Shown: positions 49,753 through 59,641 of the stretch, in pieces
Layout of the letters: the number at the start of each line of letters is the position of its first letter
Numbering within the stretch: position 1 is the first letter of the stretch
Virus record (IMG/VR): IMGVR_UViG_3300021138_000020
Length of the DNA: 64,000 bases
From: an uncultured virus (IMG/VR IMGVR_UViG_3300021138_000020)
Taxonomy: Duplodnaviria > Heunggongvirae > Uroviricota > Caudoviricetes
Strand: one strand, 5' to 3'
Program-made: the position numbers and the translations under genes
Notes under the pieces: model-generated
Database searches by the model: none
What the model saw: only the letters and a program-made list of their open reading frames with translations
What the model was told of the DNA's origin: nothing

Positions 49753-50610
49753 TTATACGAAAAAAGTAGACGGATCGAATGTAATAGGAACTTCGACAGT
49801 ATCGCCTGTTACACCTTTTTCTCGCATTTCGTCAGTTACTGCAACTGTCATAGGTTTGATAGAATTGTTATCTCTAAGGATTTCGAGATGTTGTTGAATC
49901 TTGTTAAAGATTTCTTTGTCGATGTTTTCTACAAACTCTTTGATAAATTTAGGATTATCTGTACTGCCTTGACTGCTGTCAATTTTATCAATACTATCTG
50001 TAATGGTACCTAGGGTAGCATCACTTAGGCTCTTGAAACTGGCTTTGAATAACGAAATTTTATCTTCTTCTGTAAGTTTGTCGTTATTTACGATACTCAT
50101 CATCTTTTGAGTTTCGAATGTTTTAATTGCCGCTGAACTAATTTGACGATAGTTTAACGGTTTTACAAATACTGTTAGATCGTCGGTAACCGGTACAATG
50201 GGATTCCAGTGAATTTGTTGCATTAATGTATCCATTACAACTCTTAGATCTAGTTGATATTCTAACTCTAGATCCTCTCCAAATGTTACAGGAGTAGTCA
50301 TCATTTCACCGTAGGTTGCTAGACGAATGGCAATTAGAATAACATCAACATCAATGGATGGGACATCCCAAGCATTTTTAATATTAGGAATACAGTGTTG
50401 AATAACATCAACAACAGCCTGCCCGTTCATAAGAGCGTCGGGCACCTTGAGCATTAGCTCATCTTTAGCAGTCATTGAGTAAACAGGGTACTCTCCGGTT
50501 TCTGTAGGAGTTAGACTACCTTGAGGCCAATATTGCCCACCGCTAGGCAACCTGATATAGATCTTAGGTTGACGCATAAACATTGATAGTGGGTTTGCTG
50601 GCGAATTCAT
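49753..50610 (-). CDS. Baseplate hub assembly protein (T4 gp26-like)
   Basis: NPL..F.RQPKIYIRLPS.G, MTAKDE, D.DVILIAIR.ATYGE. Confidence 0.85.
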   Translation of the reverse strand: MNSPANPLSMFMRQPKIYIRLPSGGQYWPQGSLTPTETGEYPVYSMTAKDELMLKVPDALMNGQAVVDVIQHCIPNIKNAWDVPSIDVDVILIAIRLATYGEMMTTPVTFGEDLELEYQLDLRVVMDTLMQQIHWNPIVPVTDDLTVFVKPLNYRQISSAAIKTFETQKMMSIVNNDKLTEEDKISLFKASFKSLSDATLGTITDSIDKIDSSQGSTDNPKFIKEFVENIDKEIFNKIQQHLEILRDNNSIKPMTVAVTDEMREKGVTGDTVEVPITFDPSTFFV

Positions 50611-50624
50611 AGTTTTTCTCCGAA

Positions 50625-50663
50625 TAAATAACTTATAAAGATATCATCTTTCTAGTATTTATA
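50625..50663. promoter_or_regulatory. Face-to-face late promoters for tape measure (+, TAAATA 50625-30) and gp26 (-, TATAAATA 50656-63)
   Basis: Both motifs lie in the 77-nt divergent intergenic gap. Confidence 0.65.
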
Positions 50664-50687
50664 TACGCATAAAACCACGGAAAAACA

Positions 50688-53336
50688 ATGGCAGGTAATG
50701 TATCAGGCTTTATAGGCAACGAACAAGTAGAACTGAATAATGCAGCTACAGAGACTACATTAGCGGCCCTATTGGCTTCTATGAAATCCATTGCAGGGGG
50801 CTCGGCGGTTTTAAAAGTTGCCGGCCTAGCAGGATCTGCAGGTATTGATCCTGCAACTATTGCTGCTGCTACTGCTGCAACACAAAGCAATACTGCTAGT
50901 GTTAAGCAAGGAACTTCTGCTACAGACGCCATAAATGTTGCTACTAAAAGCAACACAGATACCGTCAGACAAACTACTGCTGCTACAGATGATTTTAGAC
51001 AATCACAGGTAGATGCTGCTCAAGCAACAGTTGATAATTTTACATTATTACATAATGAAATAACCAAACTACTGCAAGGTACTGCTACGGCCAGCGGTAT
51101 GCTCAATACTTTTGGCACAGCACTTACTTTAAAGTATCCTATAATTGGACTTTTGTTTCAGGGGTTTTCTAAACTAGTTGGCATACAGGAAGAAAATTTT
51201 CAAGCATATCAAAAGATATCGGCTTCGGGTGTAAACTTTAGCGGTAGTTTAACATCTATGAGAATGGCTGCTGCAAATTCTTATTTGACTTTAGATGAAT
51301 TTACCGGAATAATTAAAAACAATTCTCAAACCCTAGCTACCCTAGGTGGTTCGGCTAATGAAGGAGCACAGGCATTTTTTAGAATGTCTCGTAGCCTTAT
51401 TCAAAGTTCAGCTGGTCAAGACTTAATGGCTCTAGGTTATTCTGCTCAAGAAGTTAACCAGGGTATGGCTGACTACCTTACTATCACTGGAGGTAGAACC
51501 AAGGCAGAACTACAGGATACTGCTAAAATAACACAAGGTACTAAAGATTACTTAGAACAACTAGATAGACTTGCAGATATCACAGGTAAAAGTAGAGATC
51601 AACTTGCTGCTGAATTTAAACAAAAACAAGATACAGCAGATATGGAATTATATAAAGCATCATTGAGCACAGCAGATCGAGAAAAATTTACAGCAGTGTA
51701 TAATGATGCACTGGCAAAATACGGTCAAGGTGCTGCTGATAATGTTCTTGCAGCAGCACAAGGTAGAGCAGTTACCACTGAAGCTGGCAAAAAATATGCT
51801 GCACTGGCTCCTATGGCCACTAAGTCTCTGCAAGATCAGTATAATGCTACAATGAAATACGGGGCAAAAAGTCAACAAGCACGCGATGCCGAAGATCGAG
51901 CCAGACTGAATAATGGCAGTGAGTTTATGAGATTTTCTGGGGTAATAGGATCAACTACCAATGCCCTTAAAGGAAATGAAAAAGCTGCAAGCCAGGCTGC
52001 AAAAGATCAAATGGCTGGTATGACAACTAAAGCAGCATTAGATGAAGCCGAAATACAACGACAAAAAACAAAAGCAGCACAAGAGCATAGCGAAGCAGCA
52101 CAAATGGCTGCAACTACTAGTGCACTAAAAGAATTAGGTGCAGCACTATTAGATTTCTTTAGTCCATTGATTAAACTAGCTTCGTTCTTAGTAGGAAAAT
52201 TAGCTGAATCTCTCACCGGCGGCTTAAAGTATTTGAATAATTTACTTGCAGGGTTTGGACAAACTGGTGAAGTTATTAAAGGTGTAATTGCTTCTATCGG
52301 GTTGATTATTGCAGGTTTAGTAGTTGTTAAGGCTAAATCGACACTGGCTAACATTGCTGGTAATGTAGCAGGGGGTGGTAAAGGCGGCGTTCTTAGCGGG
52401 ATAACAAATGCCGCTACAGGAGCAGCAGGAGGTAAGGGTGCAGGTGTACCCGGTCTAGGAGCCGCACAAACTGCTGCAGGTAAAGTTGGTGGTATAGGAT
52501 CATCACTAGCCGGGGTAGGTAAAGGTATAGGCGATGCTATCAAAGGTGTGCTAAAAGGCCTTGCATCTGGGTTAAGTGCACTGGGCAATCCTAGAGTATT
52601 ATTAGGTGGAGTTACGCTAGGTCTATTAGCAGGTACTATCTTTATTGCTGCCAAAGGATTCCAAGAATTTGCCAAGGTAAGCTGGGCAGAAATGGGCAAG
52701 GGATTTGTTACACTATTAGGTTTAGGAGCGGTAGCAGCGGTATTAAGTTTTGCTAGTCCCTTGATTTTAACCGGCGCTCTAGCCATAGGTGCACTAGGTC
52801 TAGCAATGGTTCCGTTCGGAGTATCAGTTGCACTAGCTGGCCCGCAAATGCAAAACTTAGCCAAAGGGCTAATAATGCTAAGTGATGTTAGTGCCCTTGA
52901 TTTATTAAAACTAACAGGTCCTATTGCTGGATTAGGAGTTTCGTTATTGTCTTTAGGTACTGGCATTAAAATGTCAGAATCTGGAATTAAGAGCGTATCA
53001 ACACTAGGTCCTGCGCTAAACACCTATGCTCAAGGTATTACAGCATTTGGCAAAGCAGTCAATTCAGTAGATCTCATCAAAGCAGAAAAACTAAAATCTG
53101 TGTTAAAAGGTCCTACTGCAGCAGAAGCACTATCTAATGCTGGGGCACAAATGATTCAAGCAGTTACTAAGATTGCCACCGGCGGAAAGTCAACAGAAGA
53201 AAAAACCGCAGCACAGCTAGAATCATTAAATAGTACAATGAAAGAGTTAGTTAAGTATATGAAGGATACTGCCGAAAATACCGACAAAACTCACAGAGCT
53301 GCCAAGTCCTTAAATGGAAATTTATGGGCAGCTTAA
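50688..53336 (+). CDS. Tape measure protein
   Basis: 882 aa, Ala/Gly-rich helical, hydrophobic C-terminal segments, next to gp26 and portal. Confidence 0.75.
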   Translation: MAGNVSGFIGNEQVELNNAATETTLAALLASMKSIAGGSAVLKVAGLAGSAGIDPATIAAATAATQSNTASVKQGTSATDAINVATKSNTDTVRQTTAATDDFRQSQVDAAQATVDNFTLLHNEITKLLQGTATASGMLNTFGTALTLKYPIIGLLFQGFSKLVGIQEENFQAYQKISASGVNFSGSLTSMRMAAANSYLTLDEFTGIIKNNSQTLATLGGSANEGAQAFFRMSRSLIQSSAGQDLMALGYSAQEVNQGMADYLTITGGRTKAELQDTAKITQGTKDYLEQLDRLADITGKSRDQLAAEFKQKQDTADMELYKASLSTADREKFTAVYNDALAKYGQGAADNVLAAAQGRAVTTEAGKKYAALAPMATKSLQDQYNATMKYGAKSQQARDAEDRARLNNGSEFMRFSGVIGSTTNALKGNEKAASQAAKDQMAGMTTKAALDEAEIQRQKTKAAQEHSEAAQMAATTSALKELGAALLDFFSPLIKLASFLVGKLAESLTGGLKYLNNLLAGFGQTGEVIKGVIASIGLIIAGLVVVKAKSTLANIAGNVAGGGKGGVLSGITNAATGAAGGKGAGVPGLGAAQTAAGKVGGIGSSLAGVGKGIGDAIKGVLKGLASGLSALGNPRVLLGGVTLGLLAGTIFIAAKGFQEFAKVSWAEMGKGFVTLLGLGAVAAVLSFASPLILTGALAIGALGLAMVPFGVSVALAGPQMQNLAKGLIMLSDVSALDLLKLTGPIAGLGVSLLSLGTGIKMSESGIKSVSTLGPALNTYAQGITAFGKAVNSVDLIKAEKLKSVLKGPTAAEALSNAGAQMIQAVTKIATGGKSTEEKTAAQLESLNSTMKELVKYMKDTAENTDKTHRAAKSLNGNLWAA

Positions 53337-53353
53337 ATTAAAGGAATGATCTA

Positions 53354-55102
53354 ATGTCCGGATGGAAAAAGTATTTTACACCCATTAACGTATCGGGTAA
53401 ATTAAGCCCGATTAGCGGTAGTACCAGTATGGGTAGCAATCCTAGCCGCACTAATTATTCCAGCTATTTGCCTGATGTCTATGCTGGCCATCCTAATCGT
53501 TTAGAGCGTTATGGTCAGTATGACACTATGGACAGCGACAGTGAAGTTAATGCTGCCTTTGATATTTTAGCAGAGTTTTGTACGCAATTAAACGAAGAAA
53601 ACGGCACACCTTTTCAAATCAAATTCAAGGAACAAGCTACTACAACTGAAATTAAGATCATTAAAAAGTACCTACAACAATGGTGCAAGATCAATAAATT
53701 CCCAGTTCGTATGTTTAAAATCGTACGAAATGCATTTAAGTTTGGTGATAGTTTCTTTGTTCGCGATCCTGAAAATCAAAAGTGGATGTATGTAGATCCT
53801 GCTAAAGTTGACAAGATTATTGTCAATGAATCAGAAGGTAAGAAGCCTGAACAATATTTCATTCGTGATTTTAATCCCAACTTTGAAACACTAGCTACAA
53901 CTGCTATTCAACCTAGCAATCAAAACGGCGGTGGCAATCAATTTGGCGGAAGCTATGGTTCGGGCGGCGGAGGTGCTGGTGGTTCGAGAGGTATGACTGG
54001 CTCGTTCCCTACAACTGCCAACGGTAGCAGATTCTCCGAAAATCAAAACCAATACGCTATCGATGCTCGTCACGTTATTCACATCTCAATGAGTGAAGGG
54101 TTAGACAACAACTTCCCATTTGGTAATAGTTTAATGGAAAGTATCTTTAAGGTATTCAAACAAAAAGAACTACTTGAAGATGCCATCTTAATCTATCGTA
54201 TACAGCGTGCTCCTGAACGCCGTGTGTTCTATATTGACGTAGGTAATATGCCTAGCCACTTGGCTATGAGCTTTGTTGAGCGTGTTAAGAACGAAGTAAA
54301 TCAACGCCGTATTCCTAGTGTTACAGGTGGTGGACAAAGTGTTATAGATGCAAGTTATAATCCATTGAGCATTAACGAAGATTACTTCTTCCCACAAACC
54401 GCTGAAGGTAGAGGAAGTAAAGTTGAAATTCTACAAGGCGGGCAGAATCTAGGAGAAATTGATGACCTACGCTACTTTACTAATAAACTGTTTAGAGCTC
54501 TGCGTATCCCTAGTTCTTATCTACCTACTGGTTCGGACGACGGAGGAAGCAGCTTCAATGACGGACGAGTTGGGACAGCCTATATACAAGAATTGCGATT
54601 CAACAAATACTGCGAACGATTACAAAGCCTAATTACAGAGCCGTTTGATCTTGAGTTTAAACAATACTTGAGTAGTTCTGGTATCAATGTTGACAGCAAT
54701 ATTTTCGATCTTAAATTTAATCCACCACAAAACTTTGCTAGCTACAGACAAGCTGAAATGGATACTGCTCGTGTTAACACCTTTAACACCATGGTTGCTG
54801 TGCCCTTTATCAGCAAACGCTTTGCACTAGAACGCTTCCTAGGATTGACCAAAGAAGAAATTGCACAGAACGAAACACAGTGGAAAGAAGAAAATGTTGA
54901 CGAAGATCAATTCTTAAGTGCTAGCAGCGAACTTCGTAGTGCCGGTATCACAGCTGGCGGTATGAGCGGCGATATTGGGGATTTAAGTTCTCCTACACCT
55001 GATGCAGGTATGGAAGATGATGCTGCAGGCGCACCTGCAGGTCAAGCTCCAGGCGGAGATGCTGGCACAGGCGCTCCTGCTACAGGTGGTGCTGAAGCAT
55101 AA
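53354..55102 (+). CDS. Portal protein (T4 gp20-like)
   Basis: LLEDAILIYRIQRAPERRVFYIDVGNMP, EDYFFP, GQNLGEIDD..YF..KL.RAL.IP. Confidence 0.96.
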   Translation: MSGWKKYFTPINVSGKLSPISGSTSMGSNPSRTNYSSYLPDVYAGHPNRLERYGQYDTMDSDSEVNAAFDILAEFCTQLNEENGTPFQIKFKEQATTTEIKIIKKYLQQWCKINKFPVRMFKIVRNAFKFGDSFFVRDPENQKWMYVDPAKVDKIIVNESEGKKPEQYFIRDFNPNFETLATTAIQPSNQNGGGNQFGGSYGSGGGGAGGSRGMTGSFPTTANGSRFSENQNQYAIDARHVIHISMSEGLDNNFPFGNSLMESIFKVFKQKELLEDAILIYRIQRAPERRVFYIDVGNMPSHLAMSFVERVKNEVNQRRIPSVTGGGQSVIDASYNPLSINEDYFFPQTAEGRGSKVEILQGGQNLGEIDDLRYFTNKLFRALRIPSSYLPTGSDDGGSSFNDGRVGTAYIQELRFNKYCERLQSLITEPFDLEFKQYLSSSGINVDSNIFDLKFNPPQNFASYRQAEMDTARVNTFNTMVAVPFISKRFALERFLGLTKEEIAQNETQWKEENVDEDQFLSASSELRSAGITAGGMSGDIGDLSSPTPDAGMEDDAAGAPAGQAPGGDAGTGAPATGGAEA

Positions 55103-55110
55103 ATACTACT

Positions 55111-55359
55111 ATGATTTTAAGAGAGTTTATCTATTTTGACCGTGAACATGCTGATCCTCAGGATGACAGCAGGTATCTCAGCCAGAATGATACTACCAAT
55201 GTTCTGAAGCAAAAAGACCTTCGCAAGACTCGTTTAACATTGAGAATGATCAATGATATACGCAAAGCCAGCGAATCTCATGACAAAGAACATCGTAAAG
55301 AACTAGGGTTAGTGAGAAAAATGTACGCTGCTCCTCCGCCAGAAGCGGCAGCACAATAA
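55111..55359 (+). CDS. Small late/prohead-associated hypothetical protein
   Basis: MILREF...RKTRLTL..IN..R; TAAATA-N5-ATG. Confidence 0.7.
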   Translation: MILREFIYFDREHADPQDDSRYLSQNDTTNVLKQKDLRKTRLTLRMINDIRKASESHDKEHRKELGLVRKMYAAPPPEAAAQ

Positions 55360-55542
55360 GTACAAAGATAACTGTGCGGTCTAAAAACTAAATATTTTAG
55401 ACAGAAAAATTCAAAAACCAGAAGTAATTCTGCGTCATCAAGGTCAAAACGGCTCGTTTTAGGCCTATTTCGTATATAAATTTCCGCGGTATAGTAAATA
55501 CCATACAGCCTTGCCGCTACCCTAATAGGAGAAATTTATAAC

Positions 55543-56565
55543 ATGTCTACAAAATTTGAACAATTATTAGACTTACTTGTAAACGAAGACATGGAAGGTG
55601 CTAACGCTCTATTCCACGAAATCGTTGTTGAGAAGTCACGTACAATCTACGAAAACCTTATCGCTGAAGAAGAAGATGAGGAAATGGAAGAGTCTGCAGA
55701 AGACGAAGAAATGGATGAAGCCAAAGACGAAGAAGACGAAGATAAAGTCGACGAGTCCATGGACGAAGAAGAAATGGATGAATCCGAAGAAGAATTAGAA
55801 GATTCTTACATGATGGACGGTGCCGACGGTTTCGAAGGCGGCGAAGAAGGTGATGCTGCTGACGAGTTTGGTGGTGAAATCGGCGCTAACGGTCCAGAAG
55901 ATGACGAACACGGTCATGAAGGTCAAGAAGATTCTGCTATCTATGATATCAAGAACGCTATTGCTGAACTAGAAGCTGCTTTCGCAGAACTAGAACGTGC
56001 TCAAGGCGGCGAAGAAGCCGAAATGGGTATGGACAACGAGTTTGGTGATGAAGAAGGCGAAGACGAAATGATGGGTCAACCAGCATTCGAAGGGCGTCGT
56101 ATGACACGCGAATACGTTGAAAAAGTTGGTCACAACTACGGTGGCAACACACAAAAACAACAAGGCGACTACGCCGGTGCTGCTAGCGGTGAAACACAAA
56201 GCCGTCCAGTAGAAGGTCGTAGCCCAGTAAGTTCTGGTAAAGGCAAACCTAACACAGGTGCTAATGCCAGCAACATCCTAGGCGATATGAGCACTACAGA
56301 AGGCCATACCACAGGTACTACACCTAACAAAGTAAACAAAGGTATTGCTAAAGACAGCGGCGAACAGTTTACTGGTAAAGATTGGGAAACCAACAGCGCC
56401 CCAGGCGGTAAAGCTGGTGTTAAAAACTTGAAGAAACAAGGTTCTGGATATCCAGGAAACAACAAGACCCCAGGTCCAGTTGGTTCCGGTAAAGGTGACA
56501 AAGCGGGTCAAACTAGCGATGCTAATGGATCCAAAGGTCAATTCCTTCCACAACATACAAAATAA
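55543..56565 (+). CDS. Acidic prohead core/scaffold-like protein
   Basis: Very Glu/Asp-rich; ALFHEIVVEKSR..YE; between portal and protease; SD AGGAG. Confidence 0.7.
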   Translation: MSTKFEQLLDLLVNEDMEGANALFHEIVVEKSRTIYENLIAEEEDEEMEESAEDEEMDEAKDEEDEDKVDESMDEEEMDESEEELEDSYMMDGADGFEGGEEGDAADEFGGEIGANGPEDDEHGHEGQEDSAIYDIKNAIAELEAAFAELERAQGGEEAEMGMDNEFGDEEGEDEMMGQPAFEGRRMTREYVEKVGHNYGGNTQKQQGDYAGAASGETQSRPVEGRSPVSSGKGKPNTGANASNILGDMSTTEGHTTGTTPNKVNKGIAKDSGEQFTGKDWETNSAPGGKAGVKNLKKQGSGYPGNNKTPGPVGSGKGDKAGQTSDANGSKGQFLPQHTK

Positions 56566-56578
56566 TTAGAGAACACGG

Positions 56579-57211
56579 ATGAGCAAATTCTCCTACTTAC
56601 GTGAACATCTAAGCTTCGACCAGGCTTCCATTGTTATGGAGTCTGACGACAAGGATGGCAAAAGTCTTTACCTAAAAGGTATTGCCATTCAAGGTGGTAT
56701 CCGTAATGCCAATCAACGAGTCTATCCTGTAGATGAAATTGAACGTGCAGTTAATGCATTAAATGACCAAATTAAAAATGGTTATTCAGTGCTAGGAGAA
56801 GTTGATCATCCTGATGATCTAAAAGTAAATTTAGACCGTGTATCCCATATGATCACTCAAATGTGGATGGAAGGTCCAAATGGTTATGGTAAGATGAAAA
56901 TTTTACCTACACCAATGGGAAACTTAGTACGTACTATGCTTGAAGCAGGTGTAAAACTTGGCGTAAGTTCTCGTGGTAGCGGCAATGTCAACGACATGAA
57001 CGGCCATGTATCCGACTTCGAGATTATCACAGTAGACGTAGTTGCCCAACCAAGTGCTCCTGGAGCGTACCCTACACCAGTTTACGAACATTTAATGAAT
57101 GCTCGTGGTGGTGCAAGAGCATTCCGTGTAGCACAAGAAGTAAAAGAAGATCCAAAGGCCCAGAAATATCTTCAAGAATCGCTCTTGAATATTATTAAAG
57201 GTCTAAAATAA
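56579..57211 (+). CDS. Prohead protease (T4 gp21-like)
   Basis: RNANQRVY, LGEVDHP, VSH, TPMG, LGVSSRG.G, D.VAQPSAP.A. Confidence 0.95.
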   Translation: MSKFSYLREHLSFDQASIVMESDDKDGKSLYLKGIAIQGGIRNANQRVYPVDEIERAVNALNDQIKNGYSVLGEVDHPDDLKVNLDRVSHMITQMWMEGPNGYGKMKILPTPMGNLVRTMLEAGVKLGVSSRGSGNVNDMNGHVSDFEIITVDVVAQPSAPGAYPTPVYEHLMNARGGARAFRVAQEVKEDPKAQKYLQESLLNIIKGLK

Positions 57212-57227
57212 GCCCGAGGAGAAATAA

Positions 57228-58322
57228 ATGTTGGACGCATTCAAACAATTAGTAGAGTCAGGTGTAATGACAGTAGAGACACAACAAGTTGTCGAAACTG
57301 CCCTTGCAACTAAACTACAAGAAACACGCGACCAAGTGACTGCTGAACTTCGTGAAGAGTTTGCACAAAAGTATACACATGACAAACAAGTTATGGTAGA
57401 AGCAATCGACAAGATGTTAAGCGATCGCCTAACCGCTGAGATGTCTGAATTGCATGAAGACAAAAAGGCCCTAGCTGAAGCAAAAGCTGCATACCGTACT
57501 AAGGTTGCAGAAGATGCTAAAAAACTAGAAGGTTTTGTAATCAAGCAACTTGGAAAAGAATTGGTTGAGTTCCAAGGAGACCGTAAAAAAGTTTCTGAGA
57601 ACTTTAACAAGTTAGAGCAATTCGTAGTTCACGCTCTATCTAAAGAAATCAATGAATTTGCCGCTGATAAGAAGGACCTAGCTGAAACTAAAGTCAAGCT
57701 AGTTCGTGAAGCAAAAAGCAAGTTTAGTGAAATTAAGCAAGACTTCATTCAACGCTCTGCCAAGGTCGTTGAAGCCACTGTTACTCGTAAGTTAACATCT
57801 GAAATCAAGCAATTGAAAGAAGACATTGACTCTGCTCGTAACAATGACTTTGGTCGTAAGATCTATGAAGCATTTGCACAAGAGTTTGCTGGTTCCTTCC
57901 TTAACGAAAAATCTGAAACAAGTAAATTGTTAAAGATCATCGAAAAGAAAGAACAAGAACTAGCAGAAGCAAAACAAGCCGTTGAAGAAAAAGCGCATCT
58001 AGTAGAATCCACACAACGCGACCTTCGTGTTACAAAAGATTTGATGGAACGCAAAGCTGCATTAGGCGAGTTGTTGGCTCCGTTAGGTGCCGATAAGAGA
58101 GAGATCATGAAGGAATTGTTGGAATCTGTTCCAACTAAGAAACTAAATGAATCTTTTGACAAATACCTACCAGCAGTGATGGAAGGACAATCACGTAAAG
58201 TAGCTCCTAAGAAAGCTATGTTAAGTGAAAGTGCTGAAGTAACTGGAAATCGTGAAATGAAAGCCGAGGTAGGCTTAGACAATATTTTGGACATCCGCAA
58301 GTTGGCGGGCCTATCCAAATAA
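57228..58322 (+). CDS. Prohead core scaffold protein (T4 gp22-like)
   Basis: Coiled-coil protein between protease and major capsid. Confidence 0.8.
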   Translation: MLDAFKQLVESGVMTVETQQVVETALATKLQETRDQVTAELREEFAQKYTHDKQVMVEAIDKMLSDRLTAEMSELHEDKKALAEAKAAYRTKVAEDAKKLEGFVIKQLGKELVEFQGDRKKVSENFNKLEQFVVHALSKEINEFAADKKDLAETKVKLVREAKSKFSEIKQDFIQRSAKVVEATVTRKLTSEIKQLKEDIDSARNNDFGRKIYEAFAQEFAGSFLNEKSETSKLLKIIEKKEQELAEAKQAVEEKAHLVESTQRDLRVTKDLMERKAALGELLAPLGADKREIMKELLESVPTKKLNESFDKYLPAVMEGQSRKVAPKKAMLSESAEVTGNREMKAEVGLDNILDIRKLAGLSK

Positions 58323-58347
58323 TTTATAATTCAAGGAGACAAATAAA

Positions 58348-59535
58348 ATGTCACAACTATTAAACGAAAGATGGTCAGAGACCAAAGACGCTCTGCTTGA
58401 AGGCCTATCTGGTACACGTCGTTCTTCTATGCAAGTTTGCTTAGAAAACACACGTAAGTATTTGGCTGAAAGCGCAACTGCTGGTGCAACAAGTGCTGGT
58501 AACGTAGCAACACTAAACCGTGTTATTCTACCTGTTATCCGTCGTGTTATGCCTACAGTTATTGCCAACGAAATCATCGGTGTTCAACCAATGACTGGTC
58601 CAGTTGGTCAAATCCACACACTACGTGTTCGTTATGCTGATTCTAGCAACGAAGTAGTAGCTGGTGAAGAAGCATTAAGCCCATTCAAGATCGCTCAAGC
58701 CTATTCTGGTAACAACAACAGCACCACACCAGGCGCTGCTGCTACTAGCACACTTGAAGGTCAACCAGGTAACCGCATGAGCATTCAAATCTTGAAAGCC
58801 AGCGTTGAAGCCAAATCACGCAAACTAAGCGCACGTTGGACCTTCGAAGCTGCTCAAGATGCACAAGCTCAACAAGGTATCGATATCGAAGCTGAAATCA
58901 TGGCTGCTCTAGCTCAAGAAATCACAGCTGAAATCGATCAAGAAATCCTAGCTAGCCTACGTGGCTTGGCTACAGTTGAACAGACTTATGACCAATCGTT
59001 GGTTTCTGGTACAGCTACATTCGTTGGTGATGAACACGCCGCTTTGGCCATCATGATCAACCGTGCTGCTAACTTGATCGCTCAACGTACACGTCGTGGT
59101 GCTGCTAACTGGGCTGTTATTTCTAACCAAGCTCTTACAATTCTACAATCTGCTACTACCAGTGCTTTCGCTCGTACTACAGAAGGTACATTCGAAGCTC
59201 CTACAAACACCAAGTTTGTTGGTACATTGAATGGTTCTATGCGTGTTTATGTTGACGCTTATCTACAAGATAGCGGTTCACAAAGCATTCAAGACAACCA
59301 AGTATTGTTAGGCTACAAAGGCGCTTCAGAAGCTGACGCTGCTGCGTTCTATTGCCCTTACATTCCTCTAATGAGCTCTGGTGTTGTTCTAGATCCAGCT
59401 ACTTTCGAACCAGTAGTTGGCTTCTTGACTCGCTATGGGTACGTAGAATTGAATAACACGGCCTCGAGCCTAGGAAATGCAGCTGACTACCTAGCTAAAG
59501 TTTCTATCAACTCTAGCACAGTTAGCTTCCAATAA
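58348..59535 (+). CDS. Major capsid protein (T4 gp23-like)
   Basis: RRVMP..IA.EIIGVQPMTGP, AKSRKL.A.WT.E..QD, FYCPYIPL, TRYG. Confidence 0.97.
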   Translation: MSQLLNERWSETKDALLEGLSGTRRSSMQVCLENTRKYLAESATAGATSAGNVATLNRVILPVIRRVMPTVIANEIIGVQPMTGPVGQIHTLRVRYADSSNEVVAGEEALSPFKIAQAYSGNNNSTTPGAAATSTLEGQPGNRMSIQILKASVEAKSRKLSARWTFEAAQDAQAQQGIDIEAEIMAALAQEITAEIDQEILASLRGLATVEQTYDQSLVSGTATFVGDEHAALAIMINRAANLIAQRTRRGAANWAVISNQALTILQSATTSAFARTTEGTFEAPTNTKFVGTLNGSMRVYVDAYLQDSGSQSIQDNQVLLGYKGASEADAAAFYCPYIPLMSSGVVLDPATFEPVVGFLTRYGYVELNNTASSLGNAADYLAKVSINSSTVSFQ

Positions 59536-59555
59536 TCCATTTACCTGGATTTCTA

Positions 59556-59582
59556 AAAACCCGCTTCGGCGGGTTTTCTTTT
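59556..59582 (+). terminator. Intrinsic terminator after the capsid gene
   Basis: AAAACCCGC-TTCG-GCGGGTTTT followed by CTTTT. Confidence 0.9.
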
Positions 59583-59609
59583 GACTGTTTGTTTTGTATC
59601 TATTATAAT
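59581..59609 (+). promoter_or_regulatory. Sigma70-type promoter for the endonuclease; late TAAATA also at 59631-36
   Basis: TTGACT-17 nt-TATAAT. Confidence 0.7.
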
Positions 59610-59641
59610 ATGTAATGCAGCAGACTATACTAAATAATAGT

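Noticed and set aside
52007..53023. 338-aa minus-strand ORF and other nested or antisense ORFs in the track
   Set aside because: Shadow frames of well-supported genes (here tape measure), with no start signals or motifs
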